Shown: positions 18,107-26,832 of the stretch, piece by piece
How positions within the stretch are numbered: the stretch's first letter is position 1
How the letters are laid out: every line of letters begins with the position of its first letter
Assembly: GCA_945883905.1 (NCBI GenBank)
Contig: CAMCYL010000004.1
Coordinates: forward strand, 2,190-66,189
Direction: 5' to 3'
Length of the DNA: 64,000 bases
DNA from: Akkermansia muciniphila
Lineage (GTDB): Bacteria; Verrucomicrobiota; Verrucomicrobiia; Methylacidiphilales; CAMAQI01
Made by a program: the position numbers and the translations under genes
The notes under the pieces: model-generated
Database searches by the model: none
Seen by the model: only the letters and a program-made list of their open reading frames with translations
What the model was told of the DNA's origin: nothing

Positions 18107-19242
18107 AACCGCTTGAGGGATTGATCGTATTGGATTTTAGTCAGTTTTTGGCCGGACCCTCGGCGGCCCTTCGGCTTGCTGATCTTGGGGCGGAGGTGAT
18201 TAAGATTGAGCGACCGGATGGAGGAGATCTTTGTCGCCGTTTGTATATCTCGAATCTAGAACTTGATGGAGATAGCACTTTATTTCATTCGATTAATCGG
18301 AATAAAAAAAGTTTTTCGGCAAATTTGAAAGATTCCGAGGATCGAAAAAAAATTGAGTCATTGATTCGAAAAGCCGATGTGATGATCGAAAATTTTCGTC
18401 CTGGAGTCATGGAAAAATTAGGATTTGATTATGCAAGCGTTCAAAAAATAAATCCTAAAATTATTTATGCTTCGGTGACCGGCTATGGGAGACTCGGACC
18501 TTGGAAAGATAAGCCAGGACAAGATCTTTTAGTTCAATCCCTTTCTGGACTGACATGGCTTTCAGGAAATGCCGATCAGGGACCAGTGCCGATGGGGATT
18601 GCCATTGCGGATCTTTATACGGGGGCGCACTGTGTTCAAGGGATTCTCGCTTGTTTAGTTCGTCGGGGAATAAGCGGAAAGGGGGGGAGGGTGGAGGTCT
18701 CTTTAATGGAATCGATTCTTGATTTTCAGTTTGAGGTGATTACGACCCATTTAAATGACGGTTATAAACCCCCCGATCGCTCTCAAGTGAATAATGCGCA
18801 TGCTTACTTAGGGGCTCCGTATGGAATTTATAAGACCCAAGAGGGTTGGATGGCACTATCTATGGGGGATATTGCTCAATTGGGGGAACTTTTAGGGTGC
18901 TTGGCATTAAAAAACTATCCGGATAAAAAAACCTGGTTTACCCAAAGAGATGAAATTAAAGCGGTTCTTGTCAATCATCTGCAAACCAAGACCGCGGCTC
19001 ATTGGCTTTCAATTCTTGAACCGGCGGATATATGGTGTGCTGAGGTCATGAGTTGGGAAAAGCTACGAAATCATCCTGGGTTCCAAGTGCTTGATATGAT
19101 TCAAAAAGTCGGACGAAGTGAAGAGATTTCTTTAGAGACCACCCGGTGTCCAATTCGAATTGATGGAGAGATTTATAAATCCTCTCTGGGGTCGCCTAAA
19201 ATTGGACAACATAACGAGGAAATTAAGGAAAAATATTTATGA
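18103..19242 (+). CDS. CaiB/BaiF family (class III) CoA-transferase
   Basis: [39 protein letters not shown].. and ..[12 protein letters not shown].. are family III CoA-transferase hallmarks. Confidence 0.9.
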   Translation: MKPLEGLIVLDFSQFLAGPSAALRLADLGAEVIKIERPDGGDLCRRLYISNLELDGDSTLFHSINRNKKSFSANLKDSEDRKKIESLIRKADVMIENFRPGVMEKLGFDYASVQKINPKIIYASVTGYGRLGPWKDKPGQDLLVQSLSGLTWLSGNADQGPVPMGIAIADLYTGAHCVQGILACLVRRGISGKGGRVEVSLMESILDFQFEVITTHLNDGYKPPDRSQVNNAHAYLGAPYGIYKTQEGWMALSMGDIAQLGELLGCLALKNYPDKKTWFTQRDEIKAVLVNHLQTKTAAHWLSILEPADIWCAEVMSWEKLRNHPGFQVLDMIQKVGRSEEISLETTRCPIRIDGEIYKSSLGSPKIGQHNEEIKEKYL

Positions 19243-19751
19243 AAAACCCAAATCCCGATCCGATTAAACACAAAGAAATTCCAATCTGGAATGCCGAAAA
19301 CTGGTTCTATGAGGATCTTGTCATCGGACAGCGCCAACGTTCGATTCGTCGAACGATCTCCGAAGGGGAGAGCATGCAGTTCAATGCCTTAGTGATGGAT
19401 TTCCATCCTTATGTGGCCGATGAAATCTTTGCGCAAAAAGAGGGAATTTTTGGCAAACGACTTGTCGCTGGAGCGATGGTTTTTAGCGTTGGATTAGGAT
19501 TGGTGGCGACAAACTGTGTCAATTCCTTTAGCTATGGATACGACAAGCTTCGTTTTATTAAGCCGACCTTCATTGGGGATACGATCTATACGATTAAAAC
19601 AAACCTCGAAAAATCTCCTAAATATGAAACATTAGGCTTGTATCGTGCAAGTTATGAGGTTTTTAAAAATGAAGGAGAGCTCGTGCTTTATTGTGAACAT
19701 ATTCAAACGGTTAAATATAAAAATCCGGAAACATTCAAAACGAAGCAATAA
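19239..19751 (+). CDS. MaoC-like (R)-specific enoyl-CoA hydratase/dehydratase (hot-dog fold)
   Basis: 170 aa. ..[36 protein letters not shown].. is a MaoC dehydratase-like motif. ATGA overlap with the CoA-transferase. Confidence 0.8.
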   Translation: MKNPNPDPIKHKEIPIWNAENWFYEDLVIGQRQRSIRRTISEGESMQFNALVMDFHPYVADEIFAQKEGIFGKRLVAGAMVFSVGLGLVATNCVNSFSYGYDKLRFIKPTFIGDTIYTIKTNLEKSPKYETLGLYRASYEVFKNEGELVLYCEHIQTVKYKNPETFKTKQ

Positions 19752-19763
19752 AGGTTATGTTTT

Positions 19764-20240
19764 TTATTTAAAATCAACCAAAGCAACGGCCATAGCGGCC
19801 ATTCCCTCTTCGCGACCGATGAAACCGATGCGCTCGTTGGTCGTGGCTTTAATTCCGATTTGATCCACGGTGATCCCAAGGGCTTTAGAGATTTTGCTCT
19901 TCATCTCTTGTAGATGGGGAGAGATTTTCGGTCTTTCGCCAATGAGGGTCGCATCAATATTAAGAATATTCGCCCATTTTTTATCGGCAAGCACACGAAT
20001 CTGCTCCAGAAAAACAAGGCTGGAACAGCCCTTCCATTGAGGATCGGTATTCGGAAAAAAATGACCAATATCAGTCTCTCCCATGGCCCCTAAAAGGGCA
20101 TCGGCGATTGCATGGATTAAGACATCGGCATCGGAATGTCCGTCGAGGCCTTTCTCGAAAGGGATCTCGACCCCGCCTAAAACAAGTTTTCGTCCTGTGA
20201 CCAGTTGATGCACATCATATCCCATTCCTACGCGATTCAT
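19764..20240 (-). CDS. ispF: 2-C-methyl-D-erythritol 2,4-cyclodiphosphate synthase
   Basis: GMGYDVHQL..LGGVEIPFEKGLDGHSDADVLIHAIADALLGA..GDIGHFFPNTDP is the canonical IspF sequence. Confidence 0.95.
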   Translation of the reverse strand: MNRVGMGYDVHQLVTGRKLVLGGVEIPFEKGLDGHSDADVLIHAIADALLGAMGETDIGHFFPNTDPQWKGCSSLVFLEQIRVLADKKWANILNIDATLIGERPKISPHLQEMKSKISKALGITVDQIGIKATTNERIGFIGREEGMAAMAVALVDFK

Positions 20241-20385
20241 GGGATCATTGCTAAAATATTCGAGGGAAAAAGCGAGGGATTTTTTATCGCTATTAAAAAT
20301 GGAGGGGGATCGAGAAAAATAAAAACCGCACTCTTAGGAAAGCATGAAAGCTTGAAAAATTTCATTAATATCCAAAACAAAAAAA

Positions 20386-20772
20386 CCTTAAAGATATTGT
20401 CTCACGCTACGCTACTACGACGCAACGTTAAAACCCTCCCCCCCTCCTTCTGACCACGGCTCTTGCGAGCCTTCTCCCTATTTTTAAAAAGTTCTCGAAA
20501 ACGAGCTTTCGATCCCTTTTTAAAAACAGGGATCTATCGCTTACGCTCTTGGGGTCAGAACTTCCCCTCCCTTCATACAAAAACAATCGGAGAATTTCTC
20601 TCTGAGAAGATCGTGAGCTCATTATCCTCTCCCTCTCTGACGTGGCGTCGTCGTGTCGTTAACGGAACCCCTGCTCACCCCCGTTCCTGGTTGCCTACCC
20701 TCGGCTCTCCAGTTTGTTGCCTTTTTGGATTTTCGCTTTGCGATGGGAGTGTGTGAGACAATGTATTTAAGG
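20386..20772. repeat. Composite MITE-like repeat B3 with about 22-bp outer terminal inverted repeats
   Basis: Outer TIRs are ccttaaagatattgtctcacgc (20386-20407) and gtgtgagacaatgtatttaagg (20751-20772), about 19/22 complementary by eye. The inner part 20401-20660 is about 85-90% similar by eye to the reverse complement of 23143-23403. Confidence 0.75.
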
Positions 20773-20855
20773 ATTTCTGTTTTGGCCGCGAGAGCGATTT
20801 TCCTGCTTTCGCGCCCGCTTAAGAGAACATCTTTGGCTCTCCTGAAAATCAGCCT

Positions 20856-21428
20856 CTAAATCTTATTGAGGATCGCACGAAGAACCTCGTAGGGCCACAT
20901 CATTGCATCGACTTCGGTGGTTAAATCATTCCCATAGAAATCGAGGACAGGACGGGATTCCGCTTCGTAAACTTTTAGACGGTTACGGATCACCTCTTCA
21001 TTGGCATCATCTAAGCGATTATCCTTAAGGGCACGTCGTTTTAGACGTTCAACCAATTTGGCTTGATCGGGACAGTTGAGATGAAAGATATGCTGGACAT
21101 CCAGTTGATTATCCATCTTTTTCGCTTGGTTGACGTTGCGAGGAATACCATCAAGGATGAGGCGATCGATTTCCGGTTTGTAGCGCCCGAGTTTCTGCTG
21201 ATTTTCGATGTGGTGGGACCAAAGTTCGATCGTCAGATCATCGGGAACCAGAAGTCCTTTGCTGGAGTATTCTAGAAATGATTTTCCGAGATCGCTACGA
21301 AGATCGAGAGAACGAAAAACATCCCCACAGGCACAATGATAAAAACCGGGGATTGTGCCAAGAACTTTGCCCTGAGTCCCTTTTCCGGAACCGGGAGCAC
21401 CAAAAATCAGTATAGTCTTAAATTTCAC
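20856..21428 (-). CDS. adk: Adenylate kinase (short-LID type)
   Basis: P-loop ILIFGAPGSGKGTQGKVL, ..LLVPDDL.., ..ILDGIPRNVNQA... 190 aa, with no Zn-finger LID. GTG start. Confidence 0.85.
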   Translation of the reverse strand: MKFKTILIFGAPGSGKGTQGKVLGTIPGFYHCACGDVFRSLDLRSDLGKSFLEYSSKGLLVPDDLTIELWSHHIENQQKLGRYKPEIDRLILDGIPRNVNQAKKMDNQLDVQHIFHLNCPDQAKLVERLKRRALKDNRLDDANEEVIRNRLKVYEAESRPVLDFYGNDLTTEVDAMMWPYEVLRAILNKI

Positions 21429-21570
21429 AGAACTGTTACATCACCAAAAAACCGCACTTTTAGCAAGAAAATCGCCCTTTTTCTGAAAGAGTACTCTTAC
21501 TTAGTTCTTTTTTGAATAGATCTTATAAGGAATACTACTTTATCTCATTTCTTGGATTATAAATTAAAAA

Positions 21571-21660
21571 ATGGAGCGCCGATCCGTCAGCTGACGGAGC
21601 GGCATGGGCGAAGGGAGGGGTAAAGAACAGCTATCGGCTAGAAATTATTAGCCTTTTAGT
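21571..21660. repeat. C-type repeat
   Basis: ggagcgccgatccgtcagctgacggagcggcatgggcgaagggaggggtaaagaacagctatcggctagaaattattagcc combines the modules seen at 9335-9385 and 6225-6270. Confidence 0.75.
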
Positions 21661-21721
21661 TTTCAATTGCTTCACCTACTGGTTATGTCATAGTTCAAGG
21701 ATGACCTTTTTTCCTGTTGCA

Positions 21722-21949
21722 ATGCTTGGACTCGGTGGACAAGAAGTGACGTTGATCGTCATTGCTGTCATTCTTCTTTTCGGAGCCAAGAAAATCCCTG
21801 AATTGGCGCGTGGACTTGGTAAAAGCGTCGGCGAGTTTAAAAAAGCAAAGCAGGAGTTCGACCATGAACTCGCTGAAGCGACTAAAACTCCCGCTGAACC
21901 GCAAAAACCGGGAACAATCTCAGTCCAAGATCCCATCCAAAAAAATTAG
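21722..21949 (+). CDS. tatA: Twin-arginine translocase subunit TatA/E
   Basis: MLGLGGQEVTLIVIAVILLFGAKKIPELARGLGKSVGEFKKA is the canonical TatA N-terminus. The ATG at 21701 is an alternative start. Confidence 0.9.
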   Translation: MLGLGGQEVTLIVIAVILLFGAKKIPELARGLGKSVGEFKKAKQEFDHELAEATKTPAEPQKPGTISVQDPIQKN

Positions 21950-22049
21950 TTTGTTTTTTAAAATAATTTATTTGGCGATACATGGAACCCCTCTTCTCTC
22001 AAAATTTTAGTGTTCTCTTTAGATCCTGATTTTACCCTCACGCCAAATA

Positions 22050-23096
22050 ATGGACCTTCAGATTGATTCAATCGCTTTTGGAGGCGACGGTGTGGCACGA
22101 CACGAGGGGAAGGTTTGGTTTGTTCCCTTTACGATTCCTGGTGAAAAAGTTCGTGTGGAGATTCTTTCGGAGCAAAAGAAATTCGGACGTGCCAAAGTTC
22201 TTGAGATCCTGAGCCCTGCCCCTGAGCGTGAAAAGCCACTTTGTCCCGTTTACGAAAAATGTGGAGGGTGCCAATATCAGCATCTGACGTATGTAGAGGA
22301 GTTAAGTTCGAAAACGAAGCAGGTTGAAGAGACATTACGACGGATTGGAAAGATGCCCTCTGCCCTGGTTCGACCCATTATTGCGAGTCCTCAGCCGTAC
22401 GGATATCGGAACCGGATCGTACTTCATCGACAGAGTGGTGTTTGGGGATTTCGGGGGAATAATCCCCGAGATTTAATTGCGATTACTGAATGTCCGATTG
22501 CCTCTCCGGTGGTGAATCAAGAGTTGGAAAAATTTCTTAAAAATCCAGATCAGAAATTGGATCACGTCTCGATTCGGGATCCGTTGATCTCTCGGAGTGG
22601 GTTTCATCAAGCGAATGGAGATTTGGCGAAAATTTTGATCGATCTCGTGGGGGAATATCTACCGGAAAAAGGGGATACGCTCGTCGAAGGATATTGTGGG
22701 GGAGGATTTTTTACCGAGGCGTTGGCGCCTCGTTTTCAATCGATCTATGCCATTGAAAAGGATGAGCGACTCCTTCGTGATGCCGATCGACTTCAGTTGG
22801 CGAATGTCAAATGGATTCATGACTCGGTGGAGATCTGTTTACAGGAGGCTCTTTTAGAGTCGGAGGGGAAAGTTGTTTTAGTTGATCCACCTCGGGAGGG
22901 ATTAGAGTCTGGGATCACTTCGATTTTGAATCGCTCTCAAGTTGAAGATTTAGTGTATGTGAGTTGTAATCCCTCGACTCTTGCGCGTGATGCTCATGCG
23001 CTTTCGGAGGCCTTCGATTTAAAGATCGTGCAGCCGCTCGATCTCTTTCCACGAACAGCGCATATTGAATGTGTTACGCAGTGGAAAAAAAGGTGA
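22050..23096 (+). CDS. rlmD: TRAM-domain 23S rRNA (uracil-C5)-methyltransferase, RlmD/RumA family
   Basis: TRAM domain IDSIAFGGDGVARHEGKVWFVPFTIPGEKVRVEI. Fe-S Cys cluster CPVYEKCGGCQYQH. SAM-MTase motifs GYCGGGFF, LVDPPREGL, YVSCNPSTLARD. Confidence 0.85.
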   Translation: MDLQIDSIAFGGDGVARHEGKVWFVPFTIPGEKVRVEILSEQKKFGRAKVLEILSPAPEREKPLCPVYEKCGGCQYQHLTYVEELSSKTKQVEETLRRIGKMPSALVRPIIASPQPYGYRNRIVLHRQSGVWGFRGNNPRDLIAITECPIASPVVNQELEKFLKNPDQKLDHVSIRDPLISRSGFHQANGDLAKILIDLVGEYLPEKGDTLVEGYCGGGFFTEALAPRFQSIYAIEKDERLLRDADRLQLANVKWIHDSVEICLQEALLESEGKVVLVDPPREGLESGITSILNRSQVEDLVYVSCNPSTLARDAHALSEAFDLKIVQPLDLFPRTAHIECVTQWKKR

Positions 23097-23146
23097 AATA
23101 GAGTCTGTTCCGATGGTCTCCTTGTTGTCGGAATAGGCTCTATTTC
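23095..23146 (+). terminator. Long hairpin directly after the rlmD-like stop (no U-tract)
   Basis: gaaatagagtctgttccga (23095-23113) pairs with tcggaataggctctatttc (23128-23146). The stem is 19 bp with two G-U pairs and a 14-nt loop. It lacks a T-run, so it may be REP-like rather than a classical terminator. Confidence 0.35.
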
Positions 23147-23403
23147 ACCTCTCCTCGGAAAGAGCTCACGATCCTCTCCGTGGTAAATTCTCGGATTGTT
23201 TTTGTATGAAGGGAGGGGAAGTTCTGCCCCTACTGATCAGATCAGTAAAAGCGTAAGCGATAGTTCCCTATTTTTAAAAAGGGATCGAAAGCTCGTTTTC
23301 GAGAACATTTTAAAAATAGGGAGGAGGCTCGGAGGAGCCGTGGTCAGAACTGGGGGGGGAGGGATTTAACGTGGCGTCGTGGCGCGAGAGAATGCATTTA
23401 AGG
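23143..23403. repeat. Repeat B4 (inverted copy of B3)
   Basis: cctcggaaagagctcacgatcctctccgtggtaaattctcggattgtttttgtatgaagggaggggaagttctg...tatttttaaaaagggatcgaaagctcgttttcgagaac...gggatttaacgtggcgtcgtgg..gagaatgcatttaagg aligns with the reverse complement of 20386-20660. Confidence 0.8.
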
Positions 23404-23564
23404 TTTTTTTGTTTTAGTGACACTAGTGGCCTTCATGAGAGAGTCCTGATTGAATTTTCCTGAAAAGGAGACAGAAGCAAATTTTTATTATGGAAGTTAA
23501 CGCTAAATCCTTCCATAAGTTAAGATTGCCTCTTGCGAGAGGTCGTTGCTAGCCTCCTCCTCTT

Positions 23565-26312
23565 ATGACATCGGCACAAATTAGACAAAGTTATCTCGAT
23601 TTTTTTAAAGAAAAGGAGCATGCGATTGTCGCCTCTTCCAGTCTCATGCCCGATTCTCCGAATCTGCTGTTTACGAATGCGGGGATGAATCAGTTTGTGC
23701 CGATTTTTTTAGGCAACTCCCCGTGTCCCTATCCGACGAATCGAGCGGCCGATACACAGAAATGTATTCGTGCTGGTGGTAAGCATAACGATCTAGAGGA
23801 TGTTGGTTTTGATACGTATCATCATACTTTTTTCGAGATGCTCGGAAATTGGTCTTTTGGAAATTATTTTAAGAAAGAGGCGATTGAATGGGCGTGGGAA
23901 CTCATTGTCGAGCGCTGGAAATTTCCGGCGAATCGCGTTTATGCGACGGTTTATAAACCGGGTCCTGGAGATCCAGCCGATTTTGATCAAGAGGCTTACG
24001 GCTATTGGGAGGCAATTTTTAAAGCGGCCGGACTTGATCCTCAGGTGCATATCGTTTATGGCAACAAGAAGGATAATTTCTGGATGATGGGGGATACCGG
24101 TCCCTGCGGTCCTTGCTCGGAATTGCATATCGATTTGACACCCGAAGGGGATACAAAAGGAAAATTGGTAAATGGTGGCGATGCCGCCTGTATGGAGATT
24201 TGGAACCTTGTCTTTATTCAGTTCAATGCCAATGCCGATGGGACTTTCTCTAAGTTACCGGCCTGTCATGTCGATACAGGGATGGGTTTTGAGCGAGTCG
24301 CTGGAATTATCCAAGGAACGAAAAACTTTTCCGATTTTAAAAATGCACGGATCTCAAATTATGAGTCGGATGTTTTTCTTCCGATCTTTAAAGCGATAGA
24401 AGATAAAGCAGGAAAAAAATATCACTCTACATTGCCGACGGATACGGCAAAAAAAGAGGTCATCGCCTCCGATATTGCCTTTCGAGTGATTGCGGATCAT
24501 TTAAGAACGCTCTCCTTTTCAATCGCCGATGGGATTATCCCTAGTAATGAAGGGCGTGGTTATGTATTGCGACGAATTTTACGCCGAGCGATGAACTACG
24601 GTCGGGATCTTCAACTCACAGAGCCCTTTTTGTACTCCTTAGTGCCCGTGATCGCTGATCATTTCGGGGATGTTTTTCCGGAGACCCGAAAAAACATGAG
24701 TCGAATCACGGAGGTGATTCGAGGAGAGGAGGAGAGTTTTGTAAAAACGATTGGGAAAGGCACAGAAGTATTTAATCGCTACGTTGAAGAGTTCTCTGCT
24801 AAATCGATCAAAAACTTTTCTGGTGAGGCCGCATTTACCTTGTACGACACCTACGGATTTCCATTGGACCTGACGCAACTCATGGCGAAGAAAGTTGGAT
24901 TTGAGGTCGATGAAACTGGATTTCAACAATGGATGGAAATTCAACGGAAACGGTCGCAGGCGGCGCAGAAGAAAGAGGTGATCAAGGTTTCTGAATCAGA
25001 GGATGCCGCGGTTGCAACACGGTTTTTGGGGTATGAAACATTGGAGTCGGAGGCAACGGTTGTAACGGTGGGAGAGGATTTTATTATATTAGATCAAACG
25101 CCGTTTTTTGCGGAGATGGGAGGACAACTGGGAGATCAAGGAGTTCTCAGGACCTCACGAGGAGAATCGATTTCGATTTTAAATACGATTAAAACGGATC
25201 AAGGATCGATTGCGCATCGAGTCGATAAAAATTCGTTGGGAAAACTTTCGAAAGGGGAAAATGTCACTGTGGTCGTGGAATCAACACGTCGAGCGCGGAT
25301 TGAATCGCATCACTCGGTGACCCACTTGATGCACTGGGCTTTACGGGAAGTTCTTGGAACTACCGTAGGACAAAAGGGGTCGTATGTGGGTCCGGATCGT
25401 TTACGCTTCGACTTTGCCTTTCATCAAGCGATGACGCCGCAGCAAATCGTGCAAGTGGAGTCGATGGTGAATGAAAAAATTACGTCAAAGAGTCCTGTTT
25501 CTTCAACAGAGCGTGCTTATCTGGAGGTCAAAGGGGATCCCTCGATTCTGCAATTTTTTGGGGATAAATATGGGGATCAAGTCCGCGTCGTTGATATTGG
25601 CGGTTATTCTAAAGAACTTTGTGGAGGAACTCATGTCAAGAACACCGCGGATATCGGGTGGTTTAAACTCGTCAGTGAAGGAGCGATTGCTGCGGGTGTG
25701 AGACGAGTCGAAGCCCTTTGTGGGGGTGCCGTTGAAGAGTATCTTCATGCGGAGGGATCAAAGCAGCAGGAAAAAGATCTGAGCTTACGTCAAAAACTAA
25801 CCACATTGCCTCCTCTTCCGGCCCTCTTAGGAAACTCTCCCGAATCGCTTTGGAAATCATTTTCGGCACGCCAAGAAATTTTGGCAAAGGCCGAAATCGA
25901 AGTTCGTGAATTTGAAAAAAAGCAAGCCAAGGAGATGGAATCGGTTTTCCAAAAGCAGGCGGCTGAAAATGCGCCGGCTCTTGCGGGAAAAGCTCTCCTC
26001 GTAAACGAGATTCCGACTTTAATCCTTGATCTAGGAGAGGTTAAATCGGCTTATCTACCCTTTTTGATCGATGCTTTAAAAAGAGAGATCAAAGGAGTGA
26101 TTGTACTTGCCGGCCATGATGCGGGGAGGGTCTCATTGATGGCGAGCGTTGATGCAGCGTTCACCGCTAAAGTTCAGGCGGGAAAGATCATCCAAGCGAT
26201 CGCGCCGATCGTTGGAGGAAAAGGGGGGGGGAGACCGGACCTTGCACAAGGAGCGGGAACGGATCCGACAAAAATAGATGAGGCGTTAGCAAAGGCGAAG
26301 GAAATGATCTAA
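23565..26312 (+). CDS. alaS: Alanine--tRNA ligase
   Basis: 915 aa. MTSAQIRQSYLDFFKEKEHAIV..LLFTNAGMNQF..HHTFFEMLGNWSFGDYFK-like motif. Editing-domain HSVTHLMHWALREVLG. C-terminal DHHA1 GGKGGGRPDLAQG. Confidence 0.97.
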   Translation: MTSAQIRQSYLDFFKEKEHAIVASSSLMPDSPNLLFTNAGMNQFVPIFLGNSPCPYPTNRAADTQKCIRAGGKHNDLEDVGFDTYHHTFFEMLGNWSFGNYFKKEAIEWAWELIVERWKFPANRVYATVYKPGPGDPADFDQEAYGYWEAIFKAAGLDPQVHIVYGNKKDNFWMMGDTGPCGPCSELHIDLTPEGDTKGKLVNGGDAACMEIWNLVFIQFNANADGTFSKLPACHVDTGMGFERVAGIIQGTKNFSDFKNARISNYESDVFLPIFKAIEDKAGKKYHSTLPTDTAKKEVIASDIAFRVIADHLRTLSFSIADGIIPSNEGRGYVLRRILRRAMNYGRDLQLTEPFLYSLVPVIADHFGDVFPETRKNMSRITEVIRGEEESFVKTIGKGTEVFNRYVEEFSAKSIKNFSGEAAFTLYDTYGFPLDLTQLMAKKVGFEVDETGFQQWMEIQRKRSQAAQKKEVIKVSESEDAAVATRFLGYETLESEATVVTVGEDFIILDQTPFFAEMGGQLGDQGVLRTSRGESISILNTIKTDQGSIAHRVDKNSLGKLSKGENVTVVVESTRRARIESHHSVTHLMHWALREVLGTTVGQKGSYVGPDRLRFDFAFHQAMTPQQIVQVESMVNEKITSKSPVSSTERAYLEVKGDPSILQFFGDKYGDQVRVVDIGGYSKELCGGTHVKNTADIGWFKLVSEGAIAAGVRRVEALCGGAVEEYLHAEGSKQQEKDLSLRQKLTTLPPLPALLGNSPESLWKSFSARQEILAKAEIEVREFEKKQAKEMESVFQKQAAENAPALAGKALLVNEIPTLILDLGEVKSAYLPFLIDALKREIKGVIVLAGHDAGRVSLMASVDAAFTAKVQAGKIIQAIAPIVGGKGGGRPDLAQGAGTDPTKIDEALAKAKEMI

Positions 26313-26345
26313 GAGTGTCTCGCGCAGAGACGCAGCGGCGCAGAG
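26312..26345. repeat. Left arm of the 34-nt inverted repeat bracketing the GxxExxY gene
   Basis: agagtgtctcgcgcagagacgcagcggcgcagag. Its near-perfect inverted partner is at 26781-26814. Confidence 0.8.
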
Positions 26346-26348
26346 TTT

Positions 26349-26750
26349 ATGATTTTAAGTGAAAATGAAATTGGGACTGAAGTGATTCGTGTTGCGATTG
26401 ATATTCATCGTGAATTAGGGCCCGGCTTATTGGAGAGCGTTTATGAAGAGGTTCTTTTTAAAGAACTCGTTAAAGAAGGTTTTATTGTTGAGAAACAGGT
26501 TTTAGTTCCGATTATCTTTCGAGGAGAACGTTACGCTGAAGGTTTCCGTGCGGATTTGATTGTCGAAAAGAAAGTCATCTTGGAACTAAAATCAGTTGAA
26601 AAACTAACCGCTGCCCACAAAAAGCAGATTCAAACCTATCTTTCTTTGACAGATCTGCGACTTGGTTATTTACTAAACTTTGGAGAAGCCTTAATGAAGG
26701 ATGGCATTGTAAGAGCAGTCAATCGTCTTCCTGAAATTAAAAACACATGA
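26349..26750 (+). CDS. GxxExxY protein (PD-(D/E)xK nuclease-fold family)
   Basis: 133 aa. ..IHRELGPGLLESVYEEVLFKEL..ADLIVEKKVILELKSVEKL..QIQTYLSLTDLRLGYLLNFG is the textbook GxxExxY family layout. Confidence 0.85.
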   Translation: MILSENEIGTEVIRVAIDIHRELGPGLLESVYEEVLFKELVKEGFIVEKQVLVPIIFRGERYAEGFRADLIVEKKVILELKSVEKLTAAHKKQIQTYLSLTDLRLGYLLNFGEALMKDGIVRAVNRLPEIKNT

Positions 26751-26780
26751 ATATAACAATACCTTTTTTGATTCCTCCTT

Positions 26781-26814
26781 CTCTGCGCCTCTGCGTCTCC
26801 GCGCGCGACACTCT
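26781..26814. repeat. Right arm of the inverted repeat bracketing the GxxExxY gene
   Basis: ctctgcgcctctgcgtctccgcgcgcgacactct. Its reverse complement agagtgtcgcgcgcggagacgcagaggcgcagag matches 26312-26345 apart from a few positions. Confidence 0.8.
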
Positions 26815-26832
26815 TTTTCTTGGGCACACTCT

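Noticed and set aside
19752-19763. Terminator between convergent maoC and ispF (12-nt gap), and between 28398 and 28425
   Set aside because: The gaps are too short to hold a hairpin, and no stem-loop plus T-run is visible. No feature called.
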